From the NCBI GenBank assembly GCA_039811685.1, contig JBDHZC010000003.1, positions 64,001-128,000 on the forward strand: a stretch of DNA of 64,000 nucleotides, read 5' to 3'. Below the pieces are notes generated by a model. The model searched no databases. It was not told the origin of the DNA and worked only from the letters and a program-made list of their open reading frames with translations. This stretch comes from Armatimonadota bacterium. Its GTDB lineage: Bacteria > Armatimonadota > UBA5829 > DSUL01. Below, piece by piece: positions 30,683 through 39,028 of this stretch (position 1 is the stretch's first letter; each line of letters begins with the position of its first letter). A program made the position numbers and the translations under genes.

Positions 30683-33600
30683 CTAAAGCTTCCCGTATTG
30701 CTTCAACAGGTAGTCGAGATCCGCCATAACTTTGCACCCTGCCGGGTTTTCCTTGGTCTGGGCGATACCCAATCCGGGGCCGGAAGGCCTGGGGAGCGCA
30801 GGGCTGGCAGAGATGCACATGTCAGCCGTCAACAGCTCCAGGTCGGACAGAGCCTGCATTCGTTGCTGGTTGTTACCGGCAGACGCTGCGGCCGCAACCA
30901 GTGACTTCATAGCCAGATAGCCCTGTTCGTCCGAGATCAGCCCGACCTCGTCTGTCCCGAATGGCACGCTGTGAAACACATCCAGCAGAAGGTCCAACGA
31001 CTCGAGAGTCACCTGCACCTGCCACTTCCACTGATCGCTGTGTACCACGCCTGGAACTGCCTCACCGGGAAGCTGAACTGGCGTGCTGGTCCCGTAGAGG
31101 ATGTTGAGCGTCCACGTAGTGCCGGGCGATTCATAAAGCAGTGGCCACCACGTGCGGATATTGCGTGTCCCCTGCTGATGGATCACGCCTGCAGGGAACA
31201 CATCAGTGCACTGCCGCAGCGCAAAGTGCTCTTTGGTCAGCGTTACGTTCTTCAGGCAGTAAGGGACGCACCCTCCCATCGCGTTCACGAAGTTCCCCCA
31301 TTTGGAGCCGGGGTCAATGGAGAACACGCCAGCCGTCGCCCAGACCGGATTCAGATAGCCTATGCCATTGCCGAGCTGGGCCAGAGCGACGCCCTCACCA
31401 GGCCCTTCCTCTTCCGGCGGGCCTTCCACGGCGGCCAGTAAGGAGGTCGGATAGGCCTGATACAGCGGACAGACCGAGTTGATGTCACGCACCTCAAGCT
31501 GCTTGTCAATGTCTTCGCAGGAGATGCGGTAAGGCACACACAAGTCCACAGGGCTGCCCATCGGGTTGTAACCAACCTGAGGCGTCTCCCGCGCCAGATA
31601 GACTCCCGGCACGAGTTCGCCGAACCGGAACGAACCATCCCCCAGCGTCGTGGTGCAGTTGCCCGCAAGATTTACGCAGTCGGGATTAGTCGCCAATGTA
31701 GGCAGCGGCGCGAAGGTAATAGTCGGTTCCACATAAGCCTGTGTCAAACACACCTGCCATCCGCCAAGCGGCGTTGGTATATCGTCCGGACAGTTTTTCA
31801 GGCTCAGATTGCCTGTAATCGTCGCCAGGCACACATTGCCGAACTCAAAGCTGCTGAGAACCTCACACTCACCCATCTGAAGCGAGTTGGTAATCGCCGT
31901 AGTCGCAAGCCACCTGCGTCCGTTGTAGGTCGTTTTGCACTGGTCAACAGGTGGCATAGCTCCGCCGTTGCACCAGTCCACTTTGCCCCCGCACCATACC
32001 GAGTCCTGATAGACCTGGAAGTTACCGGGCGGGATATCCTTGAGGGTCACACAACCGGATGCGTCCGTGCTTCCCGCGATCGGCCCAACGCATTTGCCGT
32101 CGGCGGAGGTTCCACATACAGCCATCGGCCAGTTCGGAAGAAGCTCCTCGGCGGCGTCCCACACGCCGTTTGCGAAGGTGTCCACCCACGGCTCGGCAGG
32201 ATCCCACACGCCGTTTCCGTTTTCGTCTCGCAGCGGCTCACCATCATCCCAGCACAAGCTTCCGTTCAGGTCAGTGAACGGCTCGCCGGAGTCGTAGCGT
32301 CCGTTGTGGTTGCTGTCCACGTAAGGCTCGGGTGCGTCCCAGATGCCATTGTGGTTGATATCGCCAAACAGCTCCGCCGGGTCCCACTTGCCGTTGCTGT
32401 TGGTATCGGTGAAGTTCTCCGCCACAGCCTGGCGCGATCCGCTCATATTCCGGTCGTAATAGGCGCAGGCCGTAATGGTTCCCAGGCAGACGTTCCCAAA
32501 CTCACGGACAGCATCATCGCCCTCCGCCAGGGTGTATGCCTGCTCGATTCCCGTCGTCGCCTGCCAGCGCTTACCCTGGAAGGTCACGCGGTTTACCGTA
32601 GAGGGATCGGTCGCGCACGGCTGCACGGTCTCCCATGGCAGGTCTTCCTTGATAGTGTAGTTACCCGGAGGCAGGTCCACAAACTTGGCTTCCGTAACAC
32701 CGTTCTGCGGCCACGTCGGCGGACACAGGGGCGCAGTCGGCCCGTCCAGGCGGATCGGCCAGCCGCTCAGGTAGCTCTCTGTCACGCCCTTCGCCTTGTT
32801 CATGTCAGCGTCGTCGAACTTACGGACCGTAATCGTCCCCAGCTCCACAACGCCAAACTCAACAGTCGTCGTCAAGCCGCACGTTACGTTCAGCGCAACC
32901 GTCTTCGCGGTGGTTAGCTGCCAGCGCTTCCCGTTGCCCGTCGGATCGTCAAATTTGCAGTTTGTATCGTTGACGTTCAGCGTTATGTTGTAGGTGCCGG
33001 GAGCCTGCTGTCCAAAAAGGCGGACGCATCGTCCCTGAGTAATGGTCTGGGAGCCGCCACAGCCTCCATCCCACGTAAAGCCCCATCCGATGAAGGAAAC
33101 ATTGGTCTCCCCTGCATCTTTCACGCCGTTGGCGTTGTGATCGTCGAAGATACACGCCGTCACGTCGTTCGCGCAGCCGTTCGGGACGATTTCTACGGCG
33201 CACAGGGCTTCACGCAGGTTGTCCTGCTGCGCCTGACTCCATCCCAGATTGATAGCGGCCTGTGTAAGCTGCGTACCAAGGTCCGCATAGTCCGACGAAG
33301 AGTTCAGCAGATTTGTCTGCGCCTCGTAGAACAGGTCCGCCGTCGTGGAGTTGCCCATTCCGGAGACCGTATGCCCGTTGAAGGTGTCTCCCTCGGCCAA
33401 CAGATACGCCAGCTTGTTGCCGACGCCGCTGTTGGTGTGGACGCCGCCCTGGTCGTTCGAATCGTCCGGTGTCGCAACGTTTGGCCGCAGCAGCGGACTC
33501 CCCATGCGATCAGGGTCGTTATAAAGCGTCGGGTCCTTCATGCTGCGGATCGCTCCGCCCGGCAGGTCCTCTCCCATCAGCCACTTCACGTTCGCCGCGT

Positions 33601-34900
33601 CATTTCCGGTCGGCGTCACCTGGTCAATGAACTCACCCCAGATGTCGGAAAAGCTCTCGTTGATGGCCCCGGACTGGTTCTGGTACTTCAGTCCAGACTC
33701 AAACTGCGTCACTCCGTGCGTCAACTCATGACCCGTCACATCGTCCAGCGCATAGCCATCACCAAAGTACATCCGCTTGCCGCTTCCACTCCAGAAAGCG
33801 TTGCGCATCGGGCATGCCGCGGGAGGCTTGGGCGCGGGCGGATCGGCAGGACAATAGCGGGCCGTAGCGCTCATCGTCAGACCGGCGTTGTCAACGCTGT
33901 CCCGCCCGTGCTCATTGGAGTAGAAGTTGTACGTCGCCCCGAAGTTGTCGTAGATGCCGTTAACGTCGGCGATGGATGAAGCCGGGTCGCCTTCATCCCG
34001 CTCCAGTGTGCCTGGATTCGTGCCCTTAACGTTATTCGCGTCATAGACTTCCCGGTCCAGCGCGCCCTCCATCGTGGTGAAGTGGAAAACAACCTCTCCG
34101 CTGACAGCGTCCACAAGAATCTCTTCTTCAAAGAGCGATCCGTCTGTCGCGCGAACGTTCATCTTCCATACCAGACGAACATCGCCCTCAAAGCCCAGCA
34201 CACTCGGAGCGAAAATCATGAGTACCGGCGCGGAAGTGATCTCGTGCTGTGTTCCCTCCTGATGGCTCACCATCCACGCAATAGCTGCCTGCTGAGCCTT
34301 TTCGGAGGTCTTTGCAGGCCGGGTTGGGACTGCGCCGCTGTTCAGGGAGCTCAGGTCGCGCAGCATAACCGCATTCACGCTTTCAATGCCGATCTCGGCG
34401 GTAGCCGCCAGCTTCGGCCCCTGGAACTCAGGGTATCCAACCTGAACAATGACCTCTCCACCATAGACAGGCACACGGTTGTAAAGCTGCTGCAAGCGGA
34501 CGTAGAAGCGATCAGTCCCCTCCCTCTGCCGCAGAACGTCAAATGTAGTGGGGCCGGGAGAGACGAACGCCGTAAGATGCTGGCTCATAAAGAGCTTCGC
34601 CACCGCGCCCGCCTCGCTGTTTGTGATCTCTGGCACGGGGAAGTAGCACGGTGGAGGGGCGCCAATGGAGCGAATGTAGTCGCCGTCCAGCGTCAGGCGA
34701 ATCGGCGGGATGACCGTGGCGCTCGGCCCCGGAGCCGAGCAGCGCAAGCTGTCCTTCAGGGCCTGAATCGCTGCCTGAGGGTCCGGTGACTGACCCCACA
34801 CAACCCCTGACGCTGGCCACAATGCCGCAACGGCAGCGAGGAACACTGCTAAACGCCCCGATAGAGCTTTGGCTGATCTACGATGACTTGCCTGGAGCAT
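30683..34900 (-). CDS. Secreted M4-family (thermolysin-like) metalloprotease with the same C-terminal stalk as the M6 protein
   Basis: Signal peptide; FTP/PepSY-like propeptide; NAFWSG, HELTHGV, GAINESFSD and GGVHTNSG. The ORF is open from 34975, so the start is uncertain. Confidence 0.9.
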   Translation of the reverse strand: MLQASHRRSAKALSGRLAVFLAAVAALWPASGVVWGQSPDPQAAIQALKDSLRCSAPGPSATVIPPIRLTLDGDYIRSIGAPPPCYFPVPEITNSEAGAVAKLFMSQHLTAFVSPGPTTFDVLRQREGTDRFYVRLQQLYNRVPVYGGEVIVQVGYPEFQGPKLAATAEIGIESVNAVMLRDLSSLNSGAVPTRPAKTSEKAQQAAIAWMVSHQEGTQHEITSAPVLMIFAPSVLGFEGDVRLVWKMNVRATDGSLFEEEILVDAVSGEVVFHFTTMEGALDREVYDANNVKGTNPGTLERDEGDPASSIADVNGIYDNFGATYNFYSNEHGRDSVDNAGLTMSATARYCPADPPAPKPPAACPMRNAFWSGSGKRMYFGDGYALDDVTGHELTHGVTQFESGLKYQNQSGAINESFSDIWGEFIDQVTPTGNDAANVKWLMGEDLPGGAIRSMKDPTLYNDPDRMGSPLLRPNVATPDDSNDQGGVHTNSGVGNKLAYLLAEGDTFNGHTVSGMGNSTTADLFYEAQTNLLNSSSDYADLGTQLTQAAINLGWSQAQQDNLREALCAVEIVPNGCANDVTACIFDDHNANGVKDAGETNVSFIGWGFTWDGGCGGSQTITQGRCVRLFGQQAPGTYNITLNVNDTNCKFDDPTGNGKRWQLTTAKTVALNVTCGLTTTVEFGVVELGTITVRKFDDADMNKAKGVTESYLSGWPIRLDGPTAPLCPPTWPQNGVTEAKFVDLPPGNYTIKEDLPWETVQPCATDPSTVNRVTFQGKRWQATTGIEQAYTLAEGDDAVREFGNVCLGTITACAYYDRNMSGSRQAVAENFTDTNSNGKWDPAELFGDINHNGIWDAPEPYVDSNHNGRYDSGEPFTDLNGSLCWDDGEPLRDENGNGVWDPAEPWVDTFANGVWDAAEELLPNWPMAVCGTSADGKCVGPIAGSTDASGCVTLKDIPPGNFQVYQDSVWCGGKVDWCNGGAMPPVDQCKTTYNGRRWLATTAITNSLQMGECEVLSSFEFGNVCLATITGNLSLKNCPDDIPTPLGGWQVCLTQAYVEPTITFAPLPTLATNPDCVNLAGNCTTTLGDGSFRFGELVPGVYLARETPQVGYNPMGSPVDLCVPYRISCEDIDKQLEVRDINSVCPLYQAYPTSLLAAVEGPPEEEGPGEGVALAQLGNGIGYLNPVWATAGVFSIDPGSKWGNFVNAMGGCVPYCLKNVTLTKEHFALRQCTDVFPAGVIHQQGTRNIRTWWPLLYESPGTTWTLNILYGTSTPVQLPGEAVPGVVHSDQWKWQVQVTLESLDLLLDVFHSVPFGTDEVGLISDEQGYLAMKSLVAAAASAGNNQQRMQALSDLELLTADMCISASPALPRPSGPGLGIAQTKENPAGCKVMADLDYLLKQYGKL
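32150..32419 (-). repeat. Six tandem 15-aa D-x-N-x-N-G-x-W-D repeats in the M4 protein
   Basis: ENFTDTNSNGKWDPA ... EPWVDTFANGVWDAA, collinear unit by unit with the M6 copy. Confidence 0.85.
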
Positions 34901-35036
34901 GGTCCCACCCATCTTTCTTACAGACCAAGGAGACAGTGAAGAGAAAATCTCAATCGTCGCAAAGCGACATTTCACCGCCTTCCATCATAAAACCTTCACG
35001 CCCTGACAGTCACTAGCAAAAATACTTGTTTTCAAT

Positions 35037-35052
35037 AGCAACAAGGGCGCCT
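35037..35052 (-). promoter_or_regulatory. Candidate sigma54 (-24/-12) promoter for the protease pair
   Basis: The minus strand reads AGGCGCC-CTTG-TTGCT, with correct GG/GC spacing, followed by an AT-rich stretch. Confidence 0.5.
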
Positions 35053-35183
35053 CGATGCACTTGGTTTCGCGCTGTGAACGCCCCGGAATTGCCGTGTCTC
35101 CATTTGTCACACTTCAGGGAGCTTACAGGGGCAGTGTTTGCGTAGAGAGCTGTAGAACAGATATGCTCAATTCAAGTGGGAGA

Positions 35184-36608
35184 GTGCGTGAAATTTTGAC
35201 AGATACAAAAGACATTCTTCAGAAAATTCGCGACGAAGGGATAAATCGCGGGGCAAGCTTCGTGGAAGTGCGGCTCAACGAGCGCGAATCCACCAGCATC
35301 GCGCTGCAGGACGGGCAGGCTGACAAGCTGTTTCAGTCGTCCTCCACGGGTTTGGGCGTGCGTGTGCTGGTGGAGGGCTCGTGGGGTTTTGCGAGCGCCA
35401 ATGGTCTCGATCTGACGCAGGGACTCAGTGTGTTGGACGAGGCCGTGGCCGGAGCCCGCGCCACCCGCGCAGGACGAGCACACGAAGCCTGCGTGGCTGA
35501 AGTGGCAGCGGTGCAGGACAGCAGGCGGACGCCATTTGAGATTGATCCGCGCTCAGTGCCTTTGTCCCGCAAAATGGACAAGCTGCAGGCGCTGGACAGT
35601 GCGGGCCTTGCGAAAGGGCAGGGCAAGCTGGTCAACCGGGTTGTCTCTTACGGAGATGGATATCAGCGCGAGACTGTCTGCAACAGCTTTGGCTCTTTTA
35701 TCGAATCCGAATATGTCCGCACAAGCGCTACTGCAACCCTGTTCGCTCAGGACGGCGATGTCCGCCAGCGGGGGTACACGCGCAAGGCCGCTCTGGCCGG
35801 CTATGAGCTTCTGGACACTCTGGAACCAGCGGATTTCTCTGAAGAAGCAGCCGAAAAGGCAGTGGATTTGCTCTCAGCGCGCAAAGCTCCCTCCGGCAAG
35901 TTCCCGGTCATTTTCCATCCCTCTATCACCGGATTGCTCACCCACGAAGCGCTTGGTCACAACGCTGAGGCCGACCACATCGTCACCGGAACGTCCATTC
36001 TGGAAGGCCGCCAGGGAGACCAGGTCGCCAGCCCGCTGATTACGATTGTGGACGACGCCACTTTGCCTGGATTGTGGGGTTCGTACTTTTATGACTCAGA
36101 GGGCACGCAGGCCCAGCGCAGAGTACTGATTGAAGACGGAAGACTTGTCGGATTTATGCACAATCTGGAAACCGCCGCGAAAATGGGAGTTGCGCCCAAT
36201 GGCAGCGGACGCGCCCAGGACTACCACTATCGCCCACTTGTGCGAATGAGCAATACCTTCATACTGCCCGGAGAGACAAAGCTGGCGGACATGCTGAAAG
36301 ACATTGATCTTGGCGTCTACCTCACTGGCGGGCACTGGGGATATGTTTTCTGTGAACGTGGACAGTTCACGTGTCACGCTGGCGGCGGGTGGATCATCCG
36401 CAATGGGGAGCTTGCCGAGCCGATTCGCGATGTTTCCGTTGCCGGGCTGACGCTTGAAACGCTGGCCAACGTGGACGCGATAAGCGATGAGTTTGAGATG
36501 ACCATGCCCGGAATGTGCGGCAAATGCGGTCAGGGGATGCCGGTCAACGCAGGTGGCCCTCACGTGCGTGTGAAAGAGCTGGTAGTCGGAGGGCAGCAGA
36601 GCGTATGA
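35184..36608 (+). CDS. tldD: TldD metalloprotease subunit
   Basis: GVRVL..GSWGFAS, HEALGH..EAD, VDDATL.G..GS..YDSEG, VRMSNT and CGK.GQ. Start uncertain. Confidence 0.9.
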   Translation: MREILTDTKDILQKIRDEGINRGASFVEVRLNERESTSIALQDGQADKLFQSSSTGLGVRVLVEGSWGFASANGLDLTQGLSVLDEAVAGARATRAGRAHEACVAEVAAVQDSRRTPFEIDPRSVPLSRKMDKLQALDSAGLAKGQGKLVNRVVSYGDGYQRETVCNSFGSFIESEYVRTSATATLFAQDGDVRQRGYTRKAALAGYELLDTLEPADFSEEAAEKAVDLLSARKAPSGKFPVIFHPSITGLLTHEALGHNAEADHIVTGTSILEGRQGDQVASPLITIVDDATLPGLWGSYFYDSEGTQAQRRVLIEDGRLVGFMHNLETAAKMGVAPNGSGRAQDYHYRPLVRMSNTFILPGETKLADMLKDIDLGVYLTGGHWGYVFCERGQFTCHAGGGWIIRNGELAEPIRDVSVAGLTLETLANVDAISDEFEMTMPGMCGKCGQGMPVNAGGPHVRVKELVVGGQQSV

Positions 36609-37930
36609 CACAGCAGGAGTTGCTCAGCATAGCCGAAGAAGCTTGCAGCGTCGCATCAAATGCCGGGGCCGATTTCGCGGAAGTCCGCGTCAGTGAAGGC
36701 CGCTCAACCAGTGTCCGTCTGGAGCGCTCCGCTATTGACACCACCCAGATATCCTTCTCCTCTGGCGCTGGCATCAGGGTGTACATCAACGGCGGACTTG
36801 GATCTGTCTCGCTTGATGGCCTCGACCTCGATCGTTTGAAACTCGCGGCGCAGCAGGCTGTTGATCTCGCGCGCCTGGCTACGCCGGACAAAGACTTTGT
36901 CTCTCTGCCAGAGCCTCAGGATGGCTCAAGCGTGCCGGGGCTTTACGACCCGGGAATCGAGAATCTCGGCGTGTCGGACATGGCGCGTATCGCGCTGGAG
37001 TGTGTGGACGCTGCGCGATCCGTTGCGCCGGAGGCCATCTGCACAGGTTCCGCTGGCTGCGGCAGTGGGCGCTCCGCGATAGCCAACAGCCTCGGTGTCG
37101 CGCGCTCTTCCGAAAGCTCCAGCATCTCTGCCTGGATTGAGCCGATTGTCAAGCGCAATGGCGATGTGGGGGCATTCTACGACTTTGACTCCGCGCGCCT
37201 TCTGGCCGATTTTGACCACACAGGCATCGGAATGAGCGCCGCCCAGACAGCTGTCCAGTTCCTTGGGGCGCGTAAAATAGAAAGCGGTGTCATGCCTGTG
37301 ATTCTGGGCCCGCTGTCGTCGGGATCGGTTTTTGGGGCGCTGGCTGCAGGAGCCGAAGCGGAGAGCCATCAGCGAGGGCGGTCCTGGTTGCTCGGCAAAC
37401 TGGGGCGGAAGGTCGCCGCGGATATTCTGACCGTCCGGGATGACGCCACAATTCCCGCGGGACTCAGTTCACGCTCACACGACTCAGAAGGTGTGCCTAC
37501 CCGGCCGATCACAATAGTCGAGAACGGCGTTCTGATTAATTTTCTGCACAATTCTTATACTGCGCACAAAGCAAAGGCAAACCTCACCGGCCATGCGCGG
37601 GGCGGTGGCATTGGGCCGACGAATGTCAATGTCGAGTTGGGGGAGGCAAGCGCGGCACAGATTATTCGCGATACAAAGCGAGGGCTCTACATAAATATGG
37701 GTCGTCTGTCGCCAGATTCGACAACCGGGGAAGTCTCCGCGATGGTAGATTTCGGCTTCATGATTGAAAACGGTGAGATTGCCTATCCGGTCGCGGGTGT
37801 TATGGCCGGCATTAACGGGCTTGAGATGATGGCCAACATAGATGCTATCAGCTCTGATGGGCGCGTGGAGCCGGGCTCGGTCTCTCCAACAATCCGTATT
37901 CAGAACATCCGCATTGCGGGAGGTAAGTAA
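36605..37930 (+). CDS. tldE: TldE/PmbA family subunit
   Basis: ATGA overlap with tldD; GIRVY, DSEGVPT, G.L..FLH, TGHA and GFMIENGEI..PV; no HExxxH. Confidence 0.88.
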   Translation: MTQQELLSIAEEACSVASNAGADFAEVRVSEGRSTSVRLERSAIDTTQISFSSGAGIRVYINGGLGSVSLDGLDLDRLKLAAQQAVDLARLATPDKDFVSLPEPQDGSSVPGLYDPGIENLGVSDMARIALECVDAARSVAPEAICTGSAGCGSGRSAIANSLGVARSSESSSISAWIEPIVKRNGDVGAFYDFDSARLLADFDHTGIGMSAAQTAVQFLGARKIESGVMPVILGPLSSGSVFGALAAGAEAESHQRGRSWLLGKLGRKVAADILTVRDDATIPAGLSSRSHDSEGVPTRPITIVENGVLINFLHNSYTAHKAKANLTGHARGGGIGPTNVNVELGEASAAQIIRDTKRGLYINMGRLSPDSTTGEVSAMVDFGFMIENGEIAYPVAGVMAGINGLEMMANIDAISSDGRVEPGSVSPTIRIQNIRIAGGK

Positions 37931-37978
37931 GGCTTTGGTGTCCGGAAGAAGTCGACTGCGGATAGAGTTCTGCGCCCT

Positions 37979-38464
37979 ATGAAGTGTGCCCGCCACCCCA
38001 AAGTGGACACAGAGCTCACGTGCACAGTCTGCGGCACTCCGATATGTCCAGACTGCGCTGTTCCGGCTGCGGTTGGTTTCAAGTGCCCGCGATGCGCGCG
38101 CCCGGACCGCACCGTTTACGACATTCCACCTCCGCTCTTGATCCGGTGCATCGCCGCTACGCTGGCAACCTCTGTTGCCGCCTGGATGTTTGCTCCGATG
38201 ATTCCCTTTTTCGGAGCGATTATCGTTGGGTACGCGGTCGGGCATGTCGCGCTGGTCTCCTCAGGTCGGCGCGCCGGGTCCACAGTTGAAGCTGTCGCTG
38301 TAGTGAGCATCCTGATCGGCCTGTTCGGTCCAGCTATCATGAGCGCTATCGCAGCGGGCGGCAGTGCGAATTTCTTAGCTGTCTTCGGTCCCGGCAACAT
38401 CTGGTCGTACATAGGCGCTGCAATCGCGATTTTTGTCGCTCTCGGACGGCTGCGCTACCCCTGA
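37979..38464 (+). CDS. B-box-type zinc finger membrane protein
   Basis: CARHP....LTCTVCGTPICPDC....VGFKCPRC followed by several TM helices. Confidence 0.8.
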   Translation: MKCARHPKVDTELTCTVCGTPICPDCAVPAAVGFKCPRCARPDRTVYDIPPPLLIRCIAATLATSVAAWMFAPMIPFFGAIIVGYAVGHVALVSSGRRAGSTVEAVAVVSILIGLFGPAIMSAIAAGGSANFLAVFGPGNIWSYIGAAIAIFVALGRLRYP

Positions 38465-38874
38465 CCGTGTTGCAGCATTGCCAACGTCCGGCGCAGCTCC
38501 GGCGCCAGTTGGGCCAGCTCTGTCTTGTGTGCCTCTGAGAGACTTTCCAGCAGCTTTTCCCCTTCGTTCGTGACAACGATTTGAACGCGTCGCTTGTCTT
38601 CAGTAGAGGTCTGACGTCGAACGAAACCCTGCTTCTCCATCCGATCAACCAGCTCCACAGCGCTGTTTGGTTTGATCTGCAGACGCTCTGCCAACTCTCC
38701 CACGGTGATACATTTATGGCCCGCAAAGCCGCGAGCAGCCAGAAGCGCCTGGTGTTGAGTTGGCGCCAGTCCCGCCCGGCGTGCCGCCTGCTCGCTGAAT
38801 CTCAAAAACCGTCGCAAAGCGTAGCGAAAATCAGCCAGCGCCTCATAATCGCCGTCACTAATCCCTTGCTGCAT
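38455..38874 (-). CDS. MarR family transcriptional regulator
   Basis: FRYALRRFL.FSE, QHQALLA, VGELAERL, AVELVDR and DKRR; GAGGAGG RBS. Confidence 0.92.
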   Translation of the reverse strand: MQQGISDGDYEALADFRYALRRFLRFSEQAARRAGLAPTQHQALLAARGFAGHKCITVGELAERLQIKPNSAVELVDRMEKQGFVRRQTSTEDKRRVQIVVTNEGEKLLESLSEAHKTELAQLAPELRRTLAMLQHGQG

Positions 38875-38927
38875 TGACACTCCTCCTCAGCTATTATGCG
38901 CGCTTCCGCCGGAAAGGTTTGGAAATG

Positions 38928-38946
38928 TATATCGTATTCCGATATA
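38928..38946. promoter_or_regulatory. Palindromic operator candidate (MarR)
   Basis: Perfect inverted repeat TATATCG-tattc-CGATATA overlapping a TATAAT, between the divergent marR and CLC genes. Confidence 0.6.
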
Positions 38947-39028
38947 ATATATGTGATACAGGCAGCTTGCCTGACGCGTGTGCGGATGCGTCAGTGAATA
39001 CGTCAAAGGAAAGAGAGAGTCCTGAGCT

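Noticed and set aside
38950..39028. Fluoride riboswitch upstream of the CLC gene
   Set aside because: There is no crcB-motif consensus, and the protein lacks CLC-F signature motifs.
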